A stretch of DNA of 61,027 nucleotides, counting the filler. It is 7 parts of 7 records of this genome, joined end to end, with 100 filler letters (N's around TTAATTAATTAA, not from the genome) between each part and the next. Parts side by side here need not be neighbours in the genome. Positions count along the whole stretch, not along the records: positions 39,574 to 46,118 come from SRR2962707_5165; positions 46,219 to 55,522 come from SRR2962707_5166; 5 more parts are not named here. One strand, 5' to 3'. Below, in pieces: positions 40,568 to 50,968 of the stretch. The position numbers were made by a program, and so were the translations under genes. Numbering within the stretch: position 1 is the stretch's first letter; each line of letters opens with the position of its first letter. Under the pieces are notes generated by a model. The model worked only from the letters and a program-made list of their open reading frames with translations, was not told where the DNA came from and did no database searches.

Positions 40568-41612
40568 AAGCAATAGTGCGTTTACTTTATTAGGTGAAAC
40601 GGTGGGAGTGGGCGAGCGTAAAACACTGGCCTTGGAGGCTGCAAAGCTGTATACCCACTCACCATTGAATATTCCTATCGAAGTAGTGAATGGAGTGCAA
40701 GCGGGGCCTGTATTAATGGTCTGCGCTGCTATTCATGGTGATGAGCTTAACGGCGTAGAAGTGGTACGCCAATTATTAGCGAAAATAGATGCGACTCAAC
40801 TGCGCGGTACGCTGATTGCTGTGCCGATTGTGAATGTGTTTGGTTTTATCCATAAGTCACGTTATTTACCCGATCGCCGCGATATGAACCGCAGTTTCCC
40901 GGGTTCTATTCGTGGTTCGCTTGCAGGGCGTATGGCGCATATGTTCTTTTCGCAAGTGGCTGTTCACTGTACGCACATTATTGATTTACATACCGGGGCT
41001 ATCCATCGTACTAACTTGCCACAAATACGTGCCAATTTAAGTGATGATGCAACGGCACAAATGGCAAAAGCATTTGGTACACCAGCGGTAATAGATGCTT
41101 CTTTACGTAATGGTTCACTTCGCAGTGAAGCCGCTAACTTAGGGATCCCAGTGATCACCTATGAAGCCGGTGAAGCATTGCGTTTTGACCCAATAGCCAT
41201 TGCAGCAGGTATGCAAGGCGTAGATTACGTGATGCGGCATTTAAAAATGATCCGTGGTAAGCGTGCTAAAAAGTTACCTGAGCCGGTTATTGCCAGCTCC
41301 ACTAGTTGGGTACGTGCTGAAGTTGACGGTATTGTCCGTGCACAAGTATCGTTGGGTGAGCGAGTTATGAAAGGCCAAATCTTAGCTTATATCAGTAGCC
41401 CATTAGGTGACTCTGAGCTTGAGCTATTGGCACCACGCAGTGGTATCGTAATTGGTCAGCAAACTATGCCGCTGGTTAATGAAGGTGATGCGGTGTTCCA
41501 TTTAGCCTATTTTGCTCATGCAAATAGTTTAGTAGAGCAGCAGTTAGAAACCTTTATTGATGAAATTAGTGATATTGAAGATGAGCTAAAAACGGCTGAT
41601 TTAAATAATTAA
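40554..41612 (+). CDS. Succinylglutamate desuccinylase/aspartoacylase family (M14-like) protein
   Basis: [30 protein letters not shown] zinc-carboxypeptidase motifs; overlaps rimK. Confidence 0.92.
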   Translation: MAKVKSNSAFTLLGETVGVGERKTLALEAAKLYTHSPLNIPIEVVNGVQAGPVLMVCAAIHGDELNGVEVVRQLLAKIDATQLRGTLIAVPIVNVFGFIHKSRYLPDRRDMNRSFPGSIRGSLAGRMAHMFFSQVAVHCTHIIDLHTGAIHRTNLPQIRANLSDDATAQMAKAFGTPAVIDASLRNGSLRSEAANLGIPVITYEAGEALRFDPIAIAAGMQGVDYVMRHLKMIRGKRAKKLPEPVIASSTSWVRAEVDGIVRAQVSLGERVMKGQILAYISSPLGDSELELLAPRSGIVIGQQTMPLVNEGDAVFHLAYFAHANSLVEQQLETFIDEISDIEDELKTADLNN

Positions 41613-41620
41613 GCTGATTA

Positions 41621-41655
41621 AAAAAGCCGCTGAAGAACTTCTTTAGCGGCTTTTT
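41621..41655. terminator. Bidirectional Rho-independent terminator between convergent genes
   Basis: AAAAAGCCGCTGAAG...CTTTAGCGGCTTTTT. Confidence 0.85.
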
Positions 41656-41676
41656 ACTTTCGACCAATCTCTTCAT

Positions 41677-42243
41677 TTATAATGGTTTTTTTGGCCCAAT
41701 AATACGTTTAATAGGGGCTGCTTTGGTGGGTTTTGGCTCATTGCTTAATACCATTACCGGGCGTGTAACAAACAGATTATTTGGATAAATAACACGATGC
41801 CCGTCAATATGCTCTAGCACCACATTCATTAAACCCATTTCAACAATACGTCCTTCTACAAAGTTAGCGCCATCAATCACTCTAACCCAATAGCCAACAC
41901 GGCAATCATTTTGAATAAACATCAGTAAAAAAGAGGTTAGGTTACTTAACAGTGACCAAGCAGCAAAGAGAGCAACACCTAACATAGCAAACAAGGAGGA
42001 GCCAAGAACCAGCAAGCCACGTAACTCAATTCCCCAAAACACCAGAACTAAACAAAGCATTACAAATGCGAGGATAATTTTTAGTAGCAGCTCTGCCCGG
42101 TACTTACGATGAATATCGACTTTACCTTTGATGGTTTTTTCGAGCAGTTTTTTGGTAAGTTTTAACAGCAATGGAAAGGCTAGTAAGGCAACTAATGTTA
42201 CCACCCATCTATATTGCATACTGAGAATATCAAGTAGTTCCAC
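41677..42243 (-). CDS. Small MscS-family mechanosensitive channel protein
   Basis: Three TM helices, LSNLTS..., G.WVRVID..., IYPNNLF. Confidence 0.85.
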   Translation of the reverse strand: MELLDILSMQYRWVVTLVALLAFPLLLKLTKKLLEKTIKGKVDIHRKYRAELLLKIILAFVMLCLVLVFWGIELRGLLVLGSSLFAMLGVALFAAWSLLSNLTSFLLMFIQNDCRVGYWVRVIDGANFVEGRIVEMGLMNVVLEHIDGHRVIYPNNLFVTRPVMVLSNEPKPTKAAPIKRIIGPKKPL

Positions 42244-42296
42244 ACGTCGTCCAAATCAGCTTTACCGAAACCGTATTTTAGCGTTTTTCGTGACCT

Positions 42297-44006
42297 TTAA
42301 AAGGTATTTTTTACTGTAACAAGCCATTGTATTGAATCAACATCATCATCTTTATCAAGGGGGGCAGCAATATCTAAATGGATCACTGTACCGGCATTGG
42401 CTCGACTTGGTGCTAGCCTTAAACCTACGCCAACATTTTTCAACACTTGGCCATTATCACCGTTATTTTGATTGTTAAACCAGGCGCGTCCGATATCAAA
42501 AAAAGCAGCTCCACCGACTTTAAATAGTTGCAGTAAGTCGTACTCCCAATAGTAACGTTTTTCTAAATTGACCAAAAAGCTGCGATCGCCTTGTTGATAA
42601 TCTAACGGGTAGCCACGTAAACCATTTTCACCCCCTAGGTTCAGTTGCTGATCTGGAGTAAGATTATTGGCATAATCAAGCCGTATTCTGGCATACCAGG
42701 ATTGCTCTAAACTGGTATTTAAATAATATTGCACTTGGCTGCTAGCTAATAGGTTTTCTACTTTGCCTTGCTCCTCATTCCAATAACCATCAAGACTGGC
42801 ATGAAAGCGCCAGAGTGTATCGTTACCACTGAAGTGCGCCTTCTTAGCATTAAAGGAATAGATTGCGCGACTTGCATCATTGCTTACTTCTTCACTTGAA
42901 TAACCAAGTAGTGCTTGGAGATTCCAACCTAAATTGAGATCTTCAGTGCGATAAATACTGTCGAAATTCCTTACTTTTACAAAGTGATCTTCAAACCAGT
43001 GGCCGCTTATATAGGGGTAACTTAAGTCTCGTTTTTCAGCCAGTGGCGTATTGGTTTCTAAAGTGCCTGCAAAGCTTTGTTGTTCGTGGGTATAACCTAC
43101 ATTGAGTCGCTGCGTCCAGCTATTGCTCAGTCGCCTAGAGTGACCAAAGTAAATACGGTTATACTCGGTTTTTTGGGAGAATTTGCTGAACACTTCGCCG
43201 CGTTTATAAAGTGATTCGGTGCGTTGATCTGAGTAACTTAATAATCCATAGCTATATGGTGTATCAATCGAATAAAACGGGTAAGTTAATTCAAGATAAT
43301 GGCGTTTGCCATCATCGTTATCAGAATACTCTATGCGGCCACGGTAGCGACTTGACAGTATATTTGGATCATCATAAACAAATAAATAACCATTGCGCTC
43401 AGCGTCAGTTGTACGTGCCAGTGATAGGCGTTTTCCCCAGCCAAATAAATTAGACTCACGAAAGCCAATGCTCGATTTATTTTCACCGCCACTACGACTA
43501 AAACTGATTTCAGGCAGTAATGTCCATAAATCGCGGGTCTCTACGGTGACATCAATATTCCCATCGCAGTTAGTTTGTGCGCTAATATTGGCATCATATA
43601 AGTAACCTTGGCGCCGTAATAAGCGTTCTGATTCAGCCAGTTTTCTTGGCTCATAGTTATCTTCAGGTGCAAATAATAGAATACTCTTAATAACATCGGG
43701 CTCGGTGGTCATATGTGCGCGATTAGCAAATCGAAATAATGCGTTATTCTCTTCTTCGAGCTCGGTATTAAAAACGTTAAGTTGGTTCAGTTCGATTTTT
43801 GCTATTTTGGCATCGGGGGTTTTTTCTGGTAATAGTTCTTCACCCTCAAGTTGGCGGTGTAAGTTCTTTTTAGATGCAGTAATAGTCTGTTGCTTCTCAC
43901 AGCTTTGCTGGGTTTGAGCCTCAGATTGCGCAATGCAATAGGGAGCATAGAGCAAGTAGCTTGAACAGCTAAAAAATAGAAACTGAAAACATCTGCTTAC
44001 GGCCAT
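42297..44006 (-). CDS. Omp85 (BamA/TamA-like) outer-membrane protein
   Basis: Signal-like N-terminus, POTRA-like LAESERLLR, LGGENGLRGYP, FFDIGRAW, VGVGLR, C-terminal Phe. Confidence 0.85.
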   Translation of the reverse strand: MAVSRCFQFLFFSCSSYLLYAPYCIAQSEAQTQQSCEKQQTITASKKNLHRQLEGEELLPEKTPDAKIAKIELNQLNVFNTELEEENNALFRFANRAHMTTEPDVIKSILLFAPEDNYEPRKLAESERLLRRQGYLYDANISAQTNCDGNIDVTVETRDLWTLLPEISFSRSGGENKSSIGFRESNLFGWGKRLSLARTTDAERNGYLFVYDDPNILSSRYRGRIEYSDNDDGKRHYLELTYPFYSIDTPYSYGLLSYSDQRTESLYKRGEVFSKFSQKTEYNRIYFGHSRRLSNSWTQRLNVGYTHEQQSFAGTLETNTPLAEKRDLSYPYISGHWFEDHFVKVRNFDSIYRTEDLNLGWNLQALLGYSSEEVSNDASRAIYSFNAKKAHFSGNDTLWRFHASLDGYWNEEQGKVENLLASSQVQYYLNTSLEQSWYARIRLDYANNLTPDQQLNLGGENGLRGYPLDYQQGDRSFLVNLEKRYYWEYDLLQLFKVGGAAFFDIGRAWFNNQNNGDNGQVLKNVGVGLRLAPSRANAGTVIHLDIAAPLDKDDDVDSIQWLVTVKNTF

Positions 44007-44071
44007 TTAATCCCTTGAAAATGAACTTTAGTCTTTGCTTACTACACACTAACTTGCAGTATAAGTCCACC

Positions 44072-44371
44072 TCATTGTTGCATTTGTGTAAGAAAATAAT
44101 GGACAAGTACAGCTAATAATTGCTCAGCTTCAACACCTTCTGCATTGATCCAGACACTATCACTATAATGCTCGAAGTTTAAATTAAAGTTTTGGTGTGC
44201 ATAGCTAAAGCGGCATTGATGGCGGTCAGCACCGCTGGCAAATTCGCTAATGGTGATTTCGGGCGCATGCAGAAATAAATGCGCCCATAATTCAAAGTCA
44301 TCGTCATTAGGCATTTCGCTTGGGCTTATAATGATTGCATTATGGCGGGTGTCTAATTGAAATTCAGTCAT
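44072..44371 (-). CDS. Small hypothetical protein (DUF3630-like)
   Basis: 99 aa with GADRHQ..F and L.FEHYS.S.W motifs. Confidence 0.65.
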   Translation of the reverse strand: MTEFQLDTRHNAIIISPSEMPNDDDFELWAHLFLHAPEITISEFASGADRHQCRFSYAHQNFNLNFEHYSDSVWINAEGVEAEQLLAVLVHYFLTQMQQ

Positions 44372-44386
44372 GCTGTTACTCTGTTT

Positions 44387-46118
44387 TTAAGAAGTCGCTA
44401 AATAGTTGCGAATAGCTTGCAAAAAGGGGCTGCCGTACTTGTTAAGTTTGGTAAAACCAACCCCTGATACTTTGAGAAACTCACTGTCATTGGTTGGCAT
44501 TAATTGCGCCATTTCTGCGAGTGTTTTATCGTTAAACACTACATATGGTGGCACATCATCGGCATCTGCCAGTTCTTTGCGTAGGGCACGAAGTTTGGCA
44601 AACAGCTTTTTATCATAGTTAAATTGGGCCAATTTATCTTGGTAAACGTGTTTAGCTTGCAGGCGAGGTTCCGCCATTTGCAATGCGTATTCGCCTTTAA
44701 AAATGGCACGCGCACCTTCAGTTAAGCGCAGTGCAGAGCCTTGGGTGATATCTTGACTGAGTAAACCTTGGTGAATGAGTTGGCGTAAAATACTAAGCCA
44801 AAACTCACTACTGTGATCTTTGCCTATGCCATAGGTACTGAGCTGGTGGTGATTATTATCACGAATACGGCTGGTATTAGCCCCGCGTAGTAATTCTACG
44901 ATGTAACCTAAACCAAAGCGTTGTTCGGCGCGATACACACATGACAATGCTTGCTGGGCAACTAAAGTACCATTAAAGCTTTTTGGTGGATTCAAACAAA
45001 TATCACAGTTACCACAAGGCTCTCGTTGGTATTCACTAAAATAGTTAAGCAGTATCTGTCGACGACAGGTTTGCGCTTCAGCAAAGCTTGCCATGGCATT
45101 AAAGCGTTGCTCTTCAACGCGGCGGCGCTGTTCATCTTCAATATCTTCAAAAAAACGTCTTACGCGGCCAATATCAGCAGGATCAAAGTACATGATTGCT
45201 TCTGCTGCAAGCCCATCACGTCCTGCTCGCCCAGTTTCTTGATAGTAAGACTCAATACTTTTTGGAATATCGTAATGGAGTACAAATCGCACATTGGGTT
45301 TATTAATCCCCATGCCAAAGGCAACGGTGGCAACCACGATTTGAATATCATCACGAGCAAAGCCTGTTTGCACAAACTGACGCTGCTCATTACTCATCCC
45401 TGCGTGATAAGCTGCGGCATTGAGACCTGCATCGGCAATTTTCTCTGCTATTTCGTCAACCCGTTTACGGCTGGTGCAATAAATGATGCCACTTTGATTT
45501 TGTTGTTCTTTTAAATAGCGAAGTAATTGCGCCAACGGCTTAAATTTTTCTTCAATAGTGTAACGAATATTAGGTCGATCAAAACTACCAGTATGAATAT
45601 AGGGAGCGGTTAAACCAAGCTGCTGGACAATATCAAAGCGTGTTGCTTTGTCTGCGGTGGCGGTTAGTGCCATCATAGGGACGTGTGGAAAATGCTGTTT
45701 AAGCTCGCTAAGACGACAGTAATGCGGGCGAAAATCATGGCCCCAATGCGACACGCAGTGAGCTTCATCAATCGCAAATAAACTAATATTCAGGTGACTT
45801 AAGCGCTCTTTAAATTCGTGTTGTAGTACTTTTTCAGGCGCAACATACAGCAGTTTGATCAAACCACTGTGCAGTTGTTGGTATATTTGTTGTTGCTCGT
45901 CGCGGTTAAGGCTGTTGTTGATATACGCAGCTTTTACCCCAAGTGCTTGTAGTTGTGACACTTGATCTTGCATTAATGAGATCAGCGGTGAAATAACCAC
46001 GGTTAGACCACTAAAAGCTAAGGCTGGCACTTGGTAGCAAACTGATTTGCCTCCGCCTGTGGGTAATAATACAAGAGAGTCTTGGCCATTAAGGGCTGCA
46101 TTGATCACCGTTTCTTGG
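44387..46118 (-). CDS. recQ: ATP-dependent DNA helicase RecQ (5'-truncated)
   Basis: PTGGGKS, DEAHCVSHWGHDFRP, ATVAFGMGINK, QETGRAGRDG, Zn-binding CRR..CGNCDIC, C-terminal HRDC. Confidence 0.97.
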
Positions 46119-46218
46119 NNNNNNNNNNNNNNNNNNNNNNNNNNNNNNNNNNNNNNNNNNNNTTAATTAATTAANNNNNNNNNNNNNNNNNNNNNNNNNN
46201 NNNNNNNNNNNNNNNNNN
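46119..46218. other. Artificial contig-join spacer
   Basis: N44-TTAATTAATTAA-N44. Confidence 0.99.
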
Positions 46219-46220
46219 TG

Positions 46221-46248
46221 GTGTGTGTGTGTGTGTGTGCGCGCGCGC
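46221..46248. repeat. (GT)n(GC)n microsatellite at the contig start
   Basis: gtgtgtgtgtgtgtgtgtgcgcgcgcgc. Confidence 0.9.
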
Positions 46249-46451
46249 CAAGGGCCGCTCTGGCTGGAAAGAAACTCCAACTTGTTGGTTTGAACGTACT
46301 TCCGATACTTTTTATATTTTTTAAATCAAGACAACATTCTGTGCGCCTGGACGGTGCCCAGTGTCCACTTCTTGGGCAGAGGCGCAGACCGCCCGTCGGC
46401 CACTTTGATTGGGTTCCGGGCGCACCTGGTGTTTAAAGCTTGCTCGCCACC

Positions 46452-49400
46452 ATGAACGCTCAGCAGCAAATGAACATGGTGCAGCAGTTTGAGAAACTGT
46501 GCACTGCTGTTTATGAGCCTGATGAAAGCTTGCCAATGGACCAGATGGCGAAGCAGGTTACGCAGGTGCAGACCCAGATCATGAAGATCATCAGAAACGA
46601 GGCGTTCTGGCACCAGGTTCAGATCATTCTCACGAAGACCAGCAACAATTATGCGATTACCATTGCTTCCAACGCTTACCGGGATTTCATGACACAAAAG
46701 TGGAACAGATTCTCTGCTGAGGACCGTGTGAAAGTTCGCCACTTCGTCATGCGGGTGATGCGCGAAAAAATGTCTATTTTGACTCACGCTTCCCGAATGG
46801 CCCTCATCAACATCGTGACGCGCGTGTCAAAGATGGGATGGTTCGACGATGAGCGTCACAAAGAAGTGGTGGAGGAGGCACTGAAACTGCTGGTCCCTGA
46901 TCACCCTCAGTCCTACTGTTTGGGCATCGACCTGCTGGGCCAACTTGTTGACGAAATGAACAAGCCACTCAGCGATGAAAGCCTGACTGATCACCGTAAG
47001 ATTGCGGTGTCTTTTCGTGAACTTTCTCTCAAGTCCATTTTTCAGGCTGCACTTACCTGCATTCGCGAAGTCGCGTCACGCCCGCACTCCGAGGCCAAAA
47101 TCAAAATGTGCAACGTGGGAGTGAACCTCGCAGTCAAGTGCCTCAAGTACGACTTTATCGGGACCAACCCTGACGAATCGATGCTTGAAATGTCCAACAT
47201 TCACGTTCCGACCACATGGCGTCACATCATGCAAGACAAGAACGTCATCCCTGTGCTGTTTCAGGTTTACAAAGGCTCAAGGTGAGCTACTGTTGTGTGC
47301 CTGATTGTTTGTTCCGATGTCCTCTCGTTCGTTCTGCTCGCTTACAGAGCTCACAGAGTTGTATGCACCCTTTCTTTCTTCCTCTCCTAGGCCGCTTGCA
47401 TCCGGGGAATTTCCGCAGTATGTCTCGCGATTAATGGAACTATTTTCCCTGTTGGCGATCGTGCGACGCTCCATTTTTTACCCTGCTGAAAAGGAACGAC
47501 TCGAGTTTCTCAAACGCATGATCACAGGAGCTTGTGAAGTTTTGATCAGCAAGCATGGGCTTTCTGACCCAGACGTGTGAGTGGGACATGCTTGTCCTTG
47601 AAGTGACTTGAACTGGCATCACCCGCGGTCAGATTCTTGATGTTTTGCCTTTCTTGCGTGCTTTCCTCCAGGTACCATCAATTCTGCCGCTTCCTCGGAA
47701 AACTGAAGTCTAACTACCAGTTGACAGAGCTTGTCAATACAGACGGCTACCAGAAGTGGATCCAGCTGGCGTCGCAGTTCTCTATTGATTCATTCCGCCG
47801 ATGGCAGCTTTCCTCCTCTTCTTCCCATTACATTTTGCAGCTGTGGTCGCGCATGGTCACTGCGATGCCATATGTGCGCGAGGAGGCAGGCACAGGCGGG
47901 CACTTGCTCAAGGAGTATGTCCCCCGTGTTCTGCAAGCGTACGTCAACGGAAAGCTGCAAGAAATCGAAGCTGCAGTCAAAACACAGAACGGCGTTGTGC
48001 TAGTCGGCATTGACGGCGACGTTGAACATCCTCTTGATGACCCGGAGGTTCTCGAAACGCACTTGCAGGTCTGTTCCGAGCGATAGAGCTTGCACGTGCT
48101 TGATGCTATGCTGGACTGTTGTTGCGCCTGCCCTTGTCCCTGCGAAGGAAAAGTTTTGCCCACAGGGCTGAGTTGCTTGACGTTCCGGCGTCAAGTGGCC
48201 GCCACTTTTTGTGACCAAAAAAGAGACCATCGCTATATTCATATTTATCCCTGCTTTCATGACCACGGCGGCAACGCCCGTCGCAGCGCCGTGAAATGCA
48301 GGGTGTGGCATGCTGCGTTTTTAGCGTTACACAACTCATTAGTGTTAATGCTTGTTGCACTGCCGCATATCACTCACCCAAGTTGTTTGCGGCTCCTCGT
48401 TTCTCGAGTTCTTGTTCGTTTTCTGACGATTGTGTTTGTGCTCATCCCTCTCGTAGTTTTTGCCCACAATCTGCCGGTACCAGTACCGAGAGATAGCAGA
48501 AATTTTGGTCGGAATAACGACGACTTTGTGGTCGAATGCCAGTCGCGCTGTGCAGCAGTTGTACGAAGCGGCTGGTACGAACAACACAGCAGCCATTCCC
48601 CAACTAAAGGTCCGACGTATTATTCTCGAAGATCAACTCGCATGGATGACCTACATCTCGTCGGCCCTTGTAGCAGGGCGACTGCCCACACTCAACCGGA
48701 GATCAGATGGTGTGAAGGAGGAGCTCATTGATGCTGATCTTTCGAAGCATGTTTTCATGATGATTACCATCTTCCCACAGTGGCGGGCCAAGCTCAAGCC
48801 ACCGTACAAACCACAAGAACACCTGGAGATGGCGCTTCTGCACTTCTTCGACACCTTTCAGAAGACTTACGTTGGTGAGCATCGCGGCATGCCTCCAATC
48901 GGCTCTTCCACGGCTCTGATTTCCTCCGCAGCACCCAATGAGAAACAGCAAATGTACCTGCGATACTTTGAGCGATTGAAAATGGGACAGCACACTGAAG
49001 TCATCGAGAAAATTATCGCCAGGCTCGGCCTGAACCTGCAAGACTGGGGCAGCAACGACACCATCATCGGCAAGACTCTTGAGTCGTTCACGAGCTTCGT
49101 TTGTGGCTACAGTTCAGGACGCCTTCTGTTGGAGTTGGACACTGTCAAGTTTATCATTGAGCACCACACGGAGAAAAACTTTCAGTTTTTGAAGTCCAAG
49201 TCGCCGAAAATCTCGGAGCACCGCGCCCAATTTTTCCACGCATTGGCACGCCTTATATGGCTTCAAGATGGCGCAGCCAAGTTCGAAAAGTTCATGGCAA
49301 CTCATGTCAGAATGCTTGGTAGCTGCCTCAAGGCCGACTTCTCGAACGCCAATGTGCAGTCTGCGATGGTCGCTGTGTGCCGTGATTTGCTTGGAGTCGC

Positions 49401-50612
49401 CAGGGCTTCGCACAATGGCCGTACCTACCGCATGGTGTTCGACGCTCTTCATCCGATTTTGTTCCAAGCCATGGACAAGGCTCTTCGAGAAGCTGGACAT
49501 GTACGTGATATTTGTCGGCATGGCAGATTGACAGACATGTTGCCTGTTGTTTGCGTGTCTAAATTTTTGTTGGCTACCCCAGGTCCCGGAAGTGTCCGTT
49601 GCTGTTCTACAGCTCATGGCCGAGCTCGTCGAAAACAAAACGCAGCGAATCCAATTCAACCATTGCAGTCCGTCGGGAATTTTGCTCTTCAAGTATACAT
49701 CACAGCTATGCTGCACGTATGTCTCAAGAATGTCGTCCATCACTCAGTTCTCAGACAAGTATGAGGAAAAATACCGACCATTGGGGCTCCTTTTTGAGAT
49801 GTTGCACCGTGCCCTCAACGGCAAGTACGTGAACTTCGGTGTGTTCGAGCTTTACAAAGACCCGTGTCTGAAGCGCATGGTCGATGCTTCCATCATTTAT
49901 ATCTCCAAGAGCCCGTATCTTGAGATGAGAGTGTTCCCGAAAGTGCACCAAGCACTATGCACATACCTGGAGGCGCTGTTCAGCAATCATCTGGATCTCA
50001 TGATGTACGTTTTTTTATTTATTTTTTTTTTTTTGATCTTATGGCTCTCAGTGCTTATTCTGCCAGAGCCCACCCGGCTTCATCCTTTTTGTGCTTGTGT
50101 GCTGCAGGCGATCATACAACCCCAACGCTATTTTAGAGTTGCTGGGGATGGTCCTCCGTGGACTGGAGGGTCTAGACGGCCACGTGGCAACTGTGTGCTC
50201 CGCAGCCATTGACCACCTCGCGACCTACGTGTTCGAGAAGTCGCATCACGATCCTGCAAAAGATCCCTACGCGGCCAAAGTCAAGGAGTTGAAAGCACTC
50301 AACGAGAACATTTACTACAAGCTCCTAGACTCACTCTTCCGCATTGTGCTTTTCACTGAGTCTGGCAACGAATGGTCCCTCTCGAAGCCCATTTTGAGTC
50401 TCATGCTGGCAGACCAGCCCAGCTTCGAGCGGTTAAAGAAGCATTACTTGGATACACAAGCCATCAATCCTGAAGCTCGCGTGGAAATGGCGAAGGCCTT
50501 TAAGGAACTGACAACGGAAATTCGGCCCAATCTTGAGCAGGGCAACCGAGACCGCTTCTCTCAGCACATTTCCCATTTCCGTACGGCCATTTTCCCACTT
50601 TTGCGGCGGTGA
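46452..50612 (+). CDS. XPO7: Exportin-7 / RanBP16-17 family nuclear transport receptor; 6 exons, 1127 aa
   Basis: Kozak GCCACCATG at 46452. Exons 46452-47281, 47391-47576, 47672-48068, 48457-49500, 49583-50004 and 50108-50612 splice in frame at GT..AG. Motifs HRKIAVSFR, YDFIGTNPDES, YHQFCRFLGKLKSNYQL.ELV, YVNFGVFELY, WSLSKPILSL, NRDRFSQ. Confidence 0.92.
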
Positions 50613-50968
50613 GGACTTTCGGAACACCGCTAGCATGCCGGGCGACACATCTTCATCCGATCGTCTGGCTGGGGCAGTTCTACTGTTGAGCAGAGCTGTT
50701 GTGGGTGCGCGGCGAGCCATCATCCAGTCAGTATTTTGTATTTTGGGATTGCTTGCCGGCCACGAATTACGGTTGCACCCACGCGAGTATCGACGCATGC
50801 GACGGTAGTTAATTAAAATTTAAAACAAAGTAAAATCGGTCCAAAAAAATCATTTATGGTCAACATGGCGTACTTCGTGCACTTCCCGCACACGGATACA
50901 TTGTGGGACCCGATGTTGACATGTTCCCGATGGCGATGCCCGAGGCAAACCGCCTTCCAATAGCACAG

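Noticed and set aside
17399-46118. Bacterial genes flanked by eukaryotic genes as horizontal transfer or endosymbiont insertion
   Set aside because: All junctions are artificial spacers, and the bacterial contigs keep intact operons, RBSs and terminators.
48090-48731. 213-aa ORF with a hydrophobic stretch inside the exportin-7 locus
   Set aside because: Spans intron 3 (48069-48456) and an alternative frame of exon 4; the hydrophobicity comes from the polypyrimidine tract.
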